The notes below the pieces were generated by a model. It was given only the letters and a program-made list of their open reading frames with translations, did no database searches and had not been told where the DNA came from. DNA of 64,000 bases from the human T2T-CHM13v2.0 reference genome, Homo sapiens. Shown here in pieces: positions 36,588-49,267 of this stretch; the first letter of the stretch is position 1; each line of letters opens with the position of its first letter. The DNA is taken from assembly GCF_009914755.1 (NCBI RefSeq), contig NC_060934.1. One strand, given 5' to 3'. Made by a program: the position numbers and the translations under genes.

Positions 36588-38985
36588 AAGGGTTTCTAAA
36601 AAGAAGTATTCTGTGAACTATTTTTAGCATTTTAAATCTCCAAATGGAAAACTGCATTCACTCGAGATAACACTGTGGGGGCTTATGGAAACATTAAGTT
36701 TTATTGTTTATTTGTTTGTTTATTTTTCTCCATTGGCAAGAATGTTATCACCTTGGTGGAGTAACACAACCAGTGACAACCAGTCTTGCTCTGATGAGAA
36801 ATTCTGAATAGCAACCGCATAAGTCATTGGTAGCAAAAGATAGAAAGACAACTTAAAGATTACTAAAGTAAATGCATTGTTTTTAGACGAAAGTCTTTCA
36901 AAATACAGAACCCAAAGGAGAAGGAGAATTAATAAAGGAATCCTAAATAGTAGAGAATTTGAGATTCTGAACTCTGTAAAGTTCCTCTTAGCTCCAGAGT
37001 AATAAGATTATATGGCTCCAATGGCCCAGGACAGAGAGAATAAAATAAAATGAATTTAAGTGATAGAGAACAATACAAACTCTAATAAGGCAGGAAAATA
37101 AGAAATAAGGACTAGTTAGAAATACACGAGACATTATAAAATATAAGGATTCATCTTTTTCCAGAAGAAAAAACTTGAGAAGTGATAATAATAAATTAGG
37201 AAAATGGGTTTCAATGAATAATTTATTAAAGTTGACATAAAGTATTATCATGACAAAAAAATACTAATATAAACTGAGAACTGTACACCAAAACTCCAAC
37301 TGTCAGTCAACAAACAAGAGCCAACTTTTCAGGAAAAGTTCTCGGGGTTCATGAAGCCTGACTTTCCTGTCCTCAGTTTAAAGATGCCATCCATAGTGAG
37401 TAAGATAAAGATGAAAATACTACCACGCATAAAAGAATAAGGTGAAATACGTAAAATTTGGTTTAAAAAGTTACATCCAATTTTCATTTTCTATTTTACA
37501 ACATCCCTCTTTGATTTGCCTCTAAATATAACAAAACAGACAGAAGAGACTCCAGTGAAGAAAGACAATATACAAAACTACAACTATATTAATATATTTT
37601 GGGGGCCAGAGCAAAATGTGAGATTGTTCAAAATGAGAAATGTCTAGCAGCAGTTAATGGCCTGACTTTCCCAAGTGAAAATATGTTTAATATAAATTAT
37701 TATCATTAATAGATCAAATATGTCAAATGGATCTTCATGATGTAGTGGAAAGAGTATCAATTTGAGAGTCAGATGCCTGGAACATTTTCATTAACTGGTT
37801 AAATGATTTGGATTGAGAAGAAGCTCTATGCACTCTTTTCAGCAAATATTTATTGATTCCTTTTATATAATAGTTATTATTGGCCATTATCCAGTTTATT
37901 TATCTGTATGGTGAGTGGGATGGGCTAAATGGTTTCTGAATGTCTTCCAACTCTAAGAATCTTCATGTACTAAGAATCTTCATGTAAAATGTTAATTAAC
38001 ATAGTAATTCCTTATTTTCTTTATCTCAGAACAGCACAGCAGTAAAGCATGATGAATTTGCCAATAGCATCTCCAGTTATAAATGCCAATTGTGTGCGTA
38101 GAAAGTTGACAGAGAAGAATAAAAAACACAAAACACAAATATTAACATGATTAGTTAAGTAATAGAAAATATTTCTTTGAACAGGGCTCTTTGAGAAATG
38201 TATCATGAGAGAATAAATGCAGATATTAAAATTCCCCACAACATTTCCATGGAGCTTTGAAATGAGCAATAATTGTAATTTGTGATGACACCAAATATTC
38301 TACACATGCTTAGAATATCAGCCTGTAATTAATTTATCTTAATGTGGAAATATTTACTGGTTCAAATGAATGCTTTTTAGAAAATATTGCATCAATTTGT
38401 AAGTTTGTTTCCTCAGTGCCAATATCATGTTTACATACAGCTGGAAAAATCTGAAATCCTCTGTTAGTAAGGTTAGAATGAGCGGACACCCTGAACTGTG
38501 AAGAGCATATTGGACTGGATGTCCAGGGACCTGGGCTCTATTTCTCACGCTGACATGTGATCCTAGACCCATCACTTTCATCTTCTAAGTAAGTGCCACG
38601 TTTTCTCATTGCTAAAATGACATTAGACCAAATGGAGTAAGGATTTTGAAGGGTGACAACTCAAAATCCCCCTCAGTTACTGAATCCAGCTTAAAGTCCG
38701 GCATTTTCAGGTGATGTTTGGTTTTGTCTGTCAGCTCTGGAAGGGACTCTATGTTATCCGGTGACTTCTGATTAAAATGGCAACTTATCTGTCCCCACTT
38801 GTCCCTCTGCCCTTACACATGCTCAAAATTCAGTGGCAAATCAAAGCTAGGATGACGATGGCAAATGCTTTCATTTGCAAAAGGAAAGAATGGGGCCTGC
38901 ACAGCAGTCCCTGGCCCTTAGCAATAATGGAATCCTGATGGCCAGGCATTGTGTGATGACCCTGCTTTAGCGGTGAGGGAAGCTT

Positions 38986-38988
<3 letters not shown>

Positions 38989-39034
<46 letters not shown>

Positions 39035-39486
39035 TATATATATACGTATATATATATATACACTTTAAGTTCTGGGATACATGTGCACAACGTGCGGGTT
39101 TGTCACATATGTATACAGGTGCCATGTTGGTGTGCTGCACCCATTACCTCATCATTTACATTAGGTATATCTCCCAGTGCTATCCCTCCCCGCTCCCCCA
39201 ACCCCACAACAGGCCCCAGTGTGTGATGTTCCCCTCCTGTGTCCAAGTGTTCTCATTGTTCAATTCCCAGTCAACAGGTGCTGGAGAGGATGTGGAGAAA
39301 TAGAGACACTTTTACACTGTTGGTGGGACTGTAAACTAGTTCAACCATTGTGGAAGACAGTGTGGCGATCCCTAGGGATCTAGAACTAGAAATACCATTT
39401 GACCCAGCCATCCCATTACTGGGTATATACCCAAAGGAATATAAATCATGCTGCTATAAAGACACATGCACATGTATGTTTATTGC
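38989..39486 (-). mobile_element. 5'-inverted (twin-primed) short L1PA insertion
   Basis: Minus-strand 3'UTR (to about 39268) joined to plus-strand ORF2 piece (39270-39486); perfect TSD GGGAAGCTTCTT at 38977-38988 and 39487-39498; tail converted to (TA)n(CA)n. Confidence 0.92.
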
Positions 39487-40143
39487 GGGAAGCTTCTTGA
39501 TTAGACTCTGATTCTTATTTTCTGAAAGGAACTCACTTACCTATTCTTCTCTGTGCCTCTGGCTCTGCCCTCTGGGAAGATCTAATCTTTTGTCCACTGA
39601 AGTCACAGCTGAAACTGGGATCTGGAAAGGGGCCCCAATGAAGAACCTGCAGGCACTAGTGCAAGTTTGAGATTTTAGGAGTATTTTTCAATCTCAATTT
39701 TTAGTCCAGGCTTCTCATTTCTTGGCAATGGTTTCCTAAAAAGCTAGTAGACTTTTAATGTATTTTTTGACTTCCCAAATTTCTACCTAGACACAATACT
39801 GAAGCCTGATTTTTTTTCTTAGTGCCCAGCCTCCCATGCCTCTCAATCAACTTAATGACAGCTACTTAGAAGCCATCATCTCAAAAAAATAGGTGCATAG
39901 GCCACCTCGTTAATCTGATGTTTGCTGAAAGCTGAGTCAAGTCATCTGTGATTTCTTCTTGGCCTTTGTTACTTACTAAGGCTCTTACTAATTTGTGGCT
40001 CTTTTGTTTGCAACAGGGCACTTCCAAGTTTTTGACAGAAGGGGAAAGAGACCGAATAATTGTATTTGGGAGGTTTTACTTCCCATATTTCTTTGACTGC
40101 AGCTCAATAACTGGAAAGGAAACTGATAAATGAAGTCTTGCTC

Positions 40144-40371
40144 AATATTGTCCATTAGTTTTGGCAATGATGCAAATATTCTATATCTGCTCTGTGCAAA
40201 ATGGTAGATACTCATCAAATCAAAATGGTAGATACTCATCAAATGTGGCGATGTTGCACTTGAAATCTGGCTATTGTAACTGAGGAATTGAATGTTTAAT
40301 TTTATTAAATTACTAGTCATTTAATTTAAATAGCCACGTATGGTTAAAAACTACCATATTGGATAGTGCAG
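40144..40371. mobile_element. MER3-like hAT-Charlie element
   Basis: GCACTTGAAAT..GGCTA..TAACTGAGGAATTGAAT...TAGCCAC..TACCATATTGGATAGTGCAG; internal 24-bp tandem duplication. Confidence 0.7.
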
Positions 40372-41936
40372 GTTCTTATCTTCCCAAAAAAAAAAAAATA
40401 GGAAATAGTTTCAGTGAGTGGCTAGCCAGTCTCTGCCCAGCTGGGTCAGTTATGTCAGTGCTACTGGAGAATACTGAAACAGGTGCATCTCAAGTACATT
40501 CCTTATGTTACCTTCCAAACACTGTTACTATCCAAAGATATAGAAGTCATCTCCACTCTTTTTTCACAGGCATACTAGTAAAAGCTGAGAAAAATGTACT
40601 ACTTATATTTATAGTGGATTGTTTTAAGAACATTTTGTGAGACAAATTATTCATGCTCTGCTGATTGATAGAAACAGGAATTGGGATGTAATAAGAAGGA
40701 CCTATGCTGATCACCAAAGTTTCTGGTTTTGCCTTTTCTCCAGTTTTATGAATAAGAAACATGTTAATCTTCCCATTTTCAATTCCGAAGGAGTTACAGA
40801 TAGGCTTCAGTCCATTGCAGCTTTTGCATTGACAATATTTTGTATGGGAGAATGTCATGGGAAGGTTATTGGGGCAGTGAAGTGTGATAGCTCTTCTCTG
40901 GGAAAAAAAAATCAACTAAATCCTGCTTGATCAAAATGCAAAGCCTCTACCATAAAACGTGTAACAATAATTTCGAGTAAGGAATTAACTACAGAAAGAA
41001 ATTGTTTAAAAATTTTATGGCTTCCTTATTGAAAGACCCCATTTTTATTTTATTATTTATATTTCATTCTAAAAATGAAATAAGCATCTTAATAAGCTAG
41101 AAGTCTTTATTAGATTTTTAGATTTTAACATTAAAATAGTCCCATTGTCCCCCAAATGTTTGCGGCTTGTTCATACAGAATTTATAATCGTGTTATTTTG
41201 TCAAAACAGTCATGTGCTTGAAAAATGTAGAGAATAGTGTCTTTCTTGGGAGTTGGCAGCAGTGTAAGGTGAGTGGAATTGAGGCCTCTTAGAGCAAATA
41301 CAGAAAACTTGCATATATCAACTTGTGCAAAGCACTCACACCCTTCTCCCCCTTTGCAGTTCAAGATGTAATATTTTAGTATTCCATGAAAACCTCAATT
41401 AGTAATATTTTTGTTTGGTAAAATGCTATTATATGAGTGATTGTCTTCATTTCCCTTATTATCTTTTCCTGACTGTCTCGAGGCAATACTTTGGAAGAAC
41501 AACAGAGCTGGTTCTAAGCAAAGTTGTAAAGTAAAAAACTCCATGTGTCCTTTCCTCAACCATCTCTTTCTTAGATCTTTCAGTATCTTTGCATTCCACT
41601 GCCTTATACTAATCAAAACCTATTCACTTTAGAGGATTGGATGTGCCAATTTTACAGTCATCTGAAATTGTTCGGATGAGAATATTAGCTCTTCTAGCAG
41701 CTATTTGTACTTTAAGCCTATCACCTGTTCCTGTACAGAGTAAAATTATCTCTGATGAAGGAATTCCAAGTACCAGCAAGAGGTTGGAGAACTTCTTTAA
41801 GTGGTGGTCTCTGGGGCTGCTAAAAATCACACAAAATACACAATCAATCAGCTTGTATATGGACTCCCCAGGCTAGGCTTATGGAAGAAGGAGAAAGTCT
41901 TGTAGTAGATGATTCCATGCTTCAGAAAGGATGATG

Positions 41937-43130
41937 GTGCCAGGCACAGTGACTCAGGCCTGTAATCCCAACACTGTGGGAGGCCAAAGCAGGAGGATTG
42001 CTTGAGGCCAAGAGTTCAAGGCCAGTCTGGTCAATATAGGAAGAACCCATCTCAAATATACATATATACACACACATATGTACATATATATATACATACC
42101 TATATACATATATACGTATATATACATATATACACATACATATATACACATACACATGTATATATACATACACATATATACGTGTATATATGTATACATA
42201 CTATATATGTATATATAGTATGTATACATATATACTATATATGTATATATAGTATGTATACATATATACTATATATGTATATATAGTATGTATACATATA
42301 TACTATATATGTATATATAGTATGTATACATATATACTATATATGTATATATAGTATGTATACATATATACTATATATGTATATATAGTATGTATACATA
42401 TATACTATATATGTATATATAGTATGTATACATATATACTATATATGTATATATAGTATGTATACATATATACTATATATGTATATATAGTATGTATACA
42501 TATATACTATATATGTATATATAGTATGTATACATATATACTATATATGTATATATAGTATGTATACATATATACTATATATGTATATATAGTATGTATA
42601 CATATATACTATATATGTATATATAGTATGTATACATATATACTATATATGTATATATAGTATGTATACATATATACTATATATGTATATATAGTATGTA
42701 TACATATATACTATATATGTATATATACGTATCTATAGTATATATGTATATATATGTATATACGTGTATATGTACATATATAGTATGTATATATACTATA
42801 TATGTATATATACGTATATATAGTATATATGTATATATATGTATATACGTGTATATGTACATATATAGTATGTATATATACTATATATGTATATATACGT
42901 ATATATACGTGTATATATACATATATAGTATATATACGTATATACGTACGTATATATGTATACATATATACATATATATATAAAAGCCAGGAGGCTGAGG
43001 CAGGAGGAACACTTGAGCTCAGGACTTCAAAGCTGCAGTGAGCTATCATCATGCCACTTCACTCTAGCCTGGGCAACAGAGTGAGACTCTAGAGCTTATC
43101 TCAAAAAAAAGACAGAAAGAAAGAAAAAGA
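41937..43130 (+). mobile_element. AluJ-like element with its central linker expanded into an AT-rich minisatellite
   Basis: Left monomer 41937-42054, right monomer from about 42983, (GAAA)-type tail. Confidence 0.9.
42055..42982. repeat. AT-rich tandem repeat; 14 perfect copies of 34-bp CATATATACTATATATGTATATATAGTATGTATA (42227-42702)
   Basis: Unit starts at 42227, 42261, 42295, ... 42601, 42669. Confidence 0.95.
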
Positions 43131-43731
43131 AAAGGTAATGGCATCCATGTGACCAATCCCCTTCATTTGTGAAGACTTCCCTGAAGGTTCAAAGAAAAAA
43201 AAAAGTCTGAAACTAAAAAGTGTGGATTATTGATTACTTGTTAACTCATAGAAAGCTAGAAACATGGTTGCTTCTTTTTCCTTCTTAGCCCTACCTTCCA
43301 GTTCCATCTACAATTCTCAGATACGTCTTGCACTTTCTTTCCCAAGTTCCCACTGCATTGGGCCCAAAGCACAATAGCTCTAAATTTATAGCAAATTTCT
43401 TCCAGAAATTTCTCGGAGATTTCCATCAAATGAATCCTCATGTCATTATCTCATAGTGGATGAAGACAATGAGTACTCAAGGGATTTTTCTAAGGCCAAT
43501 TGACTTTTAAAGTTATTTGTAAAACCACTTTATTTTCTCCTAAATGGTTTTATTTGAAGCCTCCAGAAAAACCTACTGAAATTTCAGAAAGGTGATCTTT
43601 TAAAAATCACTTTAGTTATTTAGTAATTTCATTATTTTAGTCATTTAGTTGGTTGATAGTATTTATTCAATTTGAATAACACTCATTGAATTTGCATATT
43701 CATTTAACTTTCACTCTCACATAGAACTGCC

Positions 43732-43983
43732 ATGGTTCTGCTGCACATGAAGTGGGGCGACAAGAGCCAGTTCCTGCTGCAGGTGCCAGGGAGCACCAAG
43801 CCGGAGGAGCTTATGGTGCAAGTGGGCCAGGTCTATAATGGGTGGCTCAACGTGCAGCGCCTCTGCTTGGAAATGGAAGAATTAGCACAACATGACATAT
43901 TTCTCTCTCCTAATATGCAAGGACTGACCAATGATCAGATTGAAGAATTGAAATTAAAGAAGGAATGGGGTGAAAAATGTATG
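43732..43983 (+). pseudogene. CFAP298: Partial processed copy of CFAP298 (C21orf59/kurly), about the N-terminal 84 codons
   Basis: MVLLHMKWGDKSQFLLQVPGST...IFLSPNMQGLTNDQIEELKLKKEWGEKC matches recalled CFAP298 N-terminus (about 18 of 84 differences, many CpG-decay type); uninterrupted; this is a retrocopy, not the parent gene. Confidence 0.88.
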
Positions 43984-45713
43984 CATACACACACTCATCA
44001 TAGGCTTAGCACCGAAGACCATAAGTCACCAACTCAGACCTCAGGCAACTCACAAATGAGTAGTCACTTTTACATTAATGATGTTAACTTCACCCGTAAG
44101 ATGCTGCTGATGTTTTTTGAAGTTTCAGGTAGAGTAGATCACCCTTTCTTAGACCAGAATGGCCACACAATTTATCATCTAAATACATACAGTGTCCAAG
44201 GTGAACAGGGCACTATTATTAATTATGCCTGGACCACAGGCTCACTTCCTTTTCTGAGACACATCTGCATCCTACCTGAGCTTCTCACTACACCTCATAA
44301 AGACTGATCACAGAACCTGTAGCACTTTACCAGATATGCTGGTTTATACACAAGTTCCTCCTCCTCCAGATCATAAGTCTCTTGGATCTTGGCCTTTTCA
44401 TCACCAGATCCTGAATTATGGTAGCTATATACTATTTTTTTTTAAAAAAAATAAGTATTAGCATTGCCCTAAGGAGGAGATTGGGCTGGTAGTGGCATGG
44501 CTTTCAGAGAGAAAGGTGCTTTTGAATTGGAGCAAGTATGGTCTACCCAGGAGATATTTATTGTTTCTATAAACAGTTTATTTAATGCACCCACAACACT
44601 ATTAATCTTGTCCAACCAAAACTGTCGAAGTGATTTTACATATACAATCTCATAACAGTATAATAAAGGATGTCTCTAATATTTTGACTTATAGTCAATA
44701 ACATAACTTATTTTACTTTTAACCACCAGTTGCCTAAGATGTCCAAAGCTATTCTCAATGATCAACTTGCCTAAAGATTTTCACTTACTGTGGGGACAAT
44801 ATGACAGAGTTTGGGGTTGTTATTAAATCTCCTTGTAAACTACATGCAATCCCAAAATCTGAGTGACTCTGATAGAAGCTCAGATGGGGTCCAGTTTTTG
44901 CACTCACGATCTCACTCCAAAACTACAGTGATGGTGCAACCATCATCTGAACACTGCTGGTCACTGTGGCAGAGGGTCAGAATACTCTGAAGGTCTTACA
45001 CTGCCAAATACTCACTCCCAAGTGGCAGTGACAAACATCACTGCTGCTGACCATTTATAGACCAGAACACGTTACATGGCTCCACCTATGGATAAGGAGG
45101 CTAGGAAATGCAATCCTACGATCACATAACATCAAGAGAGCCAGAAATATTTGTTAAAACAACATTACTGTTTGTCACACTTATATTCCTGAGTTGAGAT
45201 CTTACTGGCTAGAAGAAGCCTAGGAAAATATGAGGACCAACAGAATTCTGCGGCAACACAATTGTAAATGACCTTGGGCCCTGAGCTAAGGGTAGACATC
45301 TTGTGAACTTGTACAGAATTTACTTGCGTAAACTCTGAGTAAATTCCTAAAATGAGAGCCTCACCAAAGAGCTAAGCTCCCCGGACCCACCAGCTGCCAT
45401 TAGAAACTTAGGAAGTCTGCTACTAATTAGCAATCCTTCGGAACTCCCAAAAGAATCAAGCCACAAGTTACATTAAGAAGCATGAGATAGTAGGTGTCAT
45501 GATTGATTAATATTTATGAGCAGTAGGTGAACATCAGAAGCTGGGCACAAAGAAGGATGTATTGGGAGATGCCAATTTGCACCTTATGTGAATCAGCTCT
45601 GTTGGACTAGTGTTTAAAAGAAAATAATCACCAAGATGGGAGACTTAAAGAGTAGACTCAACTCTGAGCCACTTGAAGAGAAAAATGAGACATATCAATT
45701 ATACTTGTTCATT

Positions 45714-46175
45714 TTTAGCAGGTTGAATAGTGCCCCCAAAACAGATATGTCCAAGTCCTACTCCTAGTAACTGTGAATTTGACCATACTTGGAAATTATG
45801 TCTTCGCATATATAATTGTTAAGAATCTTGAGATGAGAACATCCTGGATTGAGGGTAAGCACTGAATCCAATGATAGGTATCCTTGTAAGAAGAGAAAAG
45901 GAGACAGAGGCAAGAGAGGAGGAGGCTAGGTGAAGATGAAGGTAGAGATTGGAGTGATACAGCTACAAGCCAAAAAAAGCCAGGAATTGCCAGCAGCCAC
46001 AGGTAGCTGAGAGAGAGGAGAACAGATTCTCCCTCAGAGCCTCGGGAAAGAAGCAACCCTGACAACACACTCTTATGTGAGACTGCTTAGCTCCAGAACT
46101 GTGAGAGAATAAATTTCTGTTGTTTTAAGCTATCCAGTTTAGGGGATTTTGTTATGGCAGCCCTAAGAACAATAC
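45714..46175 (+). mobile_element. MLT1C/D-type LTR
   Basis: GGTTGAATAGTGCCCCCAAAA..GATATGTCCAAGTCCTA; AGAACTGTGAGAGAATAAATTTCTGTTGTTTTAAGC. Confidence 0.8.
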
Positions 46176-46264
46176 CTTTAAGTGGAAAAGAGGTTTTTTT
46201 AAGCTTGAAAAATCCCAGAAGTTGATGATAAAAACCCTGATAAAGAGATAATCTTAAAATCATA

Positions 46265-47405
46265 CTGAAGGTATGATGGGAGTATCACAGGTGTGTGATG
46301 GCAGATGAGATGGGATTATGATGTGTGTATAATGGCAGGTGTGATGGGCGTATGATGGGGTTATAATACAGGTTTGGTGGGAGTATCATGGAGGTACCAT
46401 GGCAGGTATGATGGGATTATGATGCAAGTGTGAAAAAAGTATGGTGGGGATGTGATGGCAGGTGCAAGGGATTATGATGTGGGTATAATTGCAGGTGTGA
46501 TGGGAGTGTGATAGCAGATGTAATAGGGGTATACTGAGGGTATAATGGCAGATTTGATGGTAGTATGATGGGCATATAATGGCAGATATGATGGGAGTAT
46601 GATGAATGTATAATGGCAGATATGATGGGAGTATGATGAATGTATAATGGCAGGTGTGATGTGATTGTGATGTGGGTATAATGGCAGGTGTGATGAGAGT
46701 ATGATGTAGGTATGATGGCAGATGTCATGGTAGCATTGTGGGTATATGATGGCAGGTGTAGTGGGATTTTGATGTGGGTATATGGTAAATGTGATGGGAG
46801 TATTATGGTGGTACAATGGCAGTCATGATGGGAGTATGATGAAGGTATAATGGCAAGTGTAATGAGAGTATGATGTGGGTGTGATGACAGATTTCATGGT
46901 AGAATTGTGAGTATATGACGGCAGGTGTGGTGGGATTATGATGTGGGTATATGGTAAATGTGATGGCCATATTACGGTGGTACAATGGCAGGTGTGATGG
47001 GAGTATGACAAAGGTATAATGGCAGGTGTGATGAGAGTATAATGTGGGTATGATGACAGATGTTAAGGTAACATTGTGAGTATTTGATGGCACGTGTGGT
47101 GGGATTATGATGTGGGTATATAGCAAATGTGATGGGAGTATTATGGCGGTACAATGGCAGATGTAATGAGACTATGATGTGGGTATGATGACAGATGTCA
47201 TGGGTGGTATTGTGGGTATATGATGGCAGGTGTGGTGGGATTATGATGTGAGTATGTGGTAAATGTAATGGGAGTATTATGGCGGTACAATGGCAGGTGT
47301 AATGGGAGTATGATGAAGGTATGATGACAGGTGTGATGAGAGTACAATGTGGGCATGATGCAGGTGTGATTCGAGTATGATGGGGGTGTGATGGTGGATA
47401 TGAAG
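46265..47405. repeat. Diverged G/T-rich minisatellite, about 34-bp monomer with 169-bp higher-order period
   Basis: Monomer about TATAATGGCAGGTGTGATGGGAGTATGATGTGGG; marker TACAATGGCA at 46812, 46981, 47150, 47286. Confidence 0.85.
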
Positions 47406-48530
47406 GCACTTGTGCTGGGGTTAGCTGGGAATCCTACCCCACATCCCCTCCAAAAAGTATGGCAGGCTGGGCTTCAGGAAATGGATCAGAACCATTCTCA
47501 AGGCCTATGATCCGAATGATTCTTTTACAAGACTTGCCGGTAGGCAAGAGGAAAGATCCCTGATGCTCTAGTGATACAATTTAAGGTACTTTCTAAGAAT
47601 AGGAAATAAATAAAAGTTATGTTCAAACCTAAGCACAAAAACTCATGATAATGTTCCAAAATTGAATTCATACCCAGCATTATGACACCAGCATATCAAC
47701 ATGACAATTTTTACTGCAGTCCACCCTCCCTTATTCTTTCCAGCCCATGAGTCATATTGGGGTCACATTAATATCATGCTGATCTTAGCTCTTAAATTGC
47801 ATAACCCAAAATCACCTCCTAAAATTTCTCCTCCAAGTATTGCTGGATGTAAGTGAGGTGTTTTATATGTGTTCACCAACATTCCACTTTTATATTTTTC
47901 CCCTCTTTGCCCATTAGTTAACATCCTTGCAGTCACAGCTACCGAGGGCAGTGCTTGACATTTTCACTCCTGCCTAGGCTCTGTGGAACAATGTTCCTAT
48001 GCCTGTGCTTCTTTCAGAACACTAGCAGAACTAGCTGCACATGCAGTGAGAACTTTGCAGAATTCTGCTTGGCTTTGACATGTCACTTCATCTCACATAC
48101 AATTGTGAGACACCCCTACCTAGCATTTAGTGAGGTTGCAGAAAACAGCAGCAATTGCTTTTGTTGCCATTGTGGCAGATTTCAGATCCTATCTAATGAA
48201 TAGGAAGGTAAGGTTTCCAGGAGTCAATTTGTAAGAGAACTATTGGTTCCAAGAGACAGAGACAAGGGATTTTGTACACATTTTTAGGGAAAAAAATCAA
48301 AATGAGAAAGATACCTGCCCCCTTCCCATGGCAACCCTGCCACCTGATATTATGTGCAAAAAAAGCAGCATGGCATCTAATCTAGTGTTTCATAGGGCTT
48401 CTAGGGACAATAGCTCCACCCTCACAGGAGTTCAGATTCAACTGAAAGGCATGCAGGAGTTAGATTTATGAAGATTAAAAAGTCAGCTTTATAACTGATA
48501 AAATCTAGGCTGAATTGGACAGACTCACTC

Positions 48531-48607
48531 CATGAGAAATCCTGCTGGTCAACCATAGCCCTGGTCAGACTCTCCGGGGCTGTGATTGACCAGCAGGACT
48601 TCTCATG
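48531..48607 (+). ncRNA. MIR4675: pre-miRNA hairpin, recalled as hsa-mir-4675 (mature GGGGCUGUGAUUGACCAGCAGG at 48576-48597)
   Basis: Direct: 44-bp imperfect stem spanning 48521-48617 with a 9-nt loop. Name assignment from memory of the mature sequence. Confidence 0.75.
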
Positions 48608-49228
48608 CACTGAGTCTTAGAGCCCTCTCCAAGCAAAAGGAGAGTAGAAGCGACTTACTCAACCATGGCATAGTTCTTCCCATGTCAGGAAAACCACTTA
48701 CCTGGAGAGAAATAGGGTGTGGGCAAGGAGCTTTACCTTCTCCCAGGAGAAATTCCTGCAAAGGAAAGGAAATCCCGGCTACTCACCCTTGGAATCAAGT
48801 GGGGAACACATTCTCCCATTTCAGTGTTCCTTTCTGGGAAATGCACAATACCTTTCAAGGCCACAATCCACATCTGTTTGAGACTGGAGCCCTTATTTTT
48901 TGGCATTATGTTACACTTCCTCCCTGGAATCCCTGGTACATTACAAGTATCCAACAAATATTTACTAAAGTCAGAATAATTATTCTCACTATCATTATTC
49001 TTTCAGTCATAAATAAGTTGGAATTACTAAATATATCTTTTCTAAAATGGGTGTTAAATATATACAAGTAAGAATAGCTGAAAACACTTGCCACATTCTT
49101 CCTGCAACATATTTCAAAATGAAAGCCGATGTGGAAATTTCTTCAGCTCATGTGACCCACAAAGCAAGTATGCTAGAAAAATCCTCTGTCATCAATCATG
49201 ATAGTAGGTCGGGTCTGGAACTGAAAGC

Positions 49229-49267
<39 letters not shown>

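Noticed and set aside
40547-40915. 122-aa minus-strand ORF with Cys pairs and HKTGEK, like a zinc-finger linker
   Set aside because: No C2H2 spacing or repeated fingers; no recognisable homolog
41676-41705. MRILALLAAI resembles the alpha-defensin signal start MRTLAILAAI
   Set aside because: Similarity ends after 10 residues; no acidic propiece or six-cysteine motif
41922-43052. Tyr/Ile-rich ORFs
   Set aside because: Translations of the AT-rich tandem repeat
45317-45347. Small inverted repeat GAATTTACT...AGTAAATTC
   Set aside because: 9-bp arms are expected by chance in AT-rich DNA
42227-47405. Both minisatellites have a 34-bp period
   Set aside because: Unit sequences are unrelated; treated as coincidence
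46417-47409. His/Pro/Thr-rich ORFs and a superficially CRISPR-like periodicity
   Set aside because: Minisatellite translations; no unique spacers between repeats and the DNA is primate
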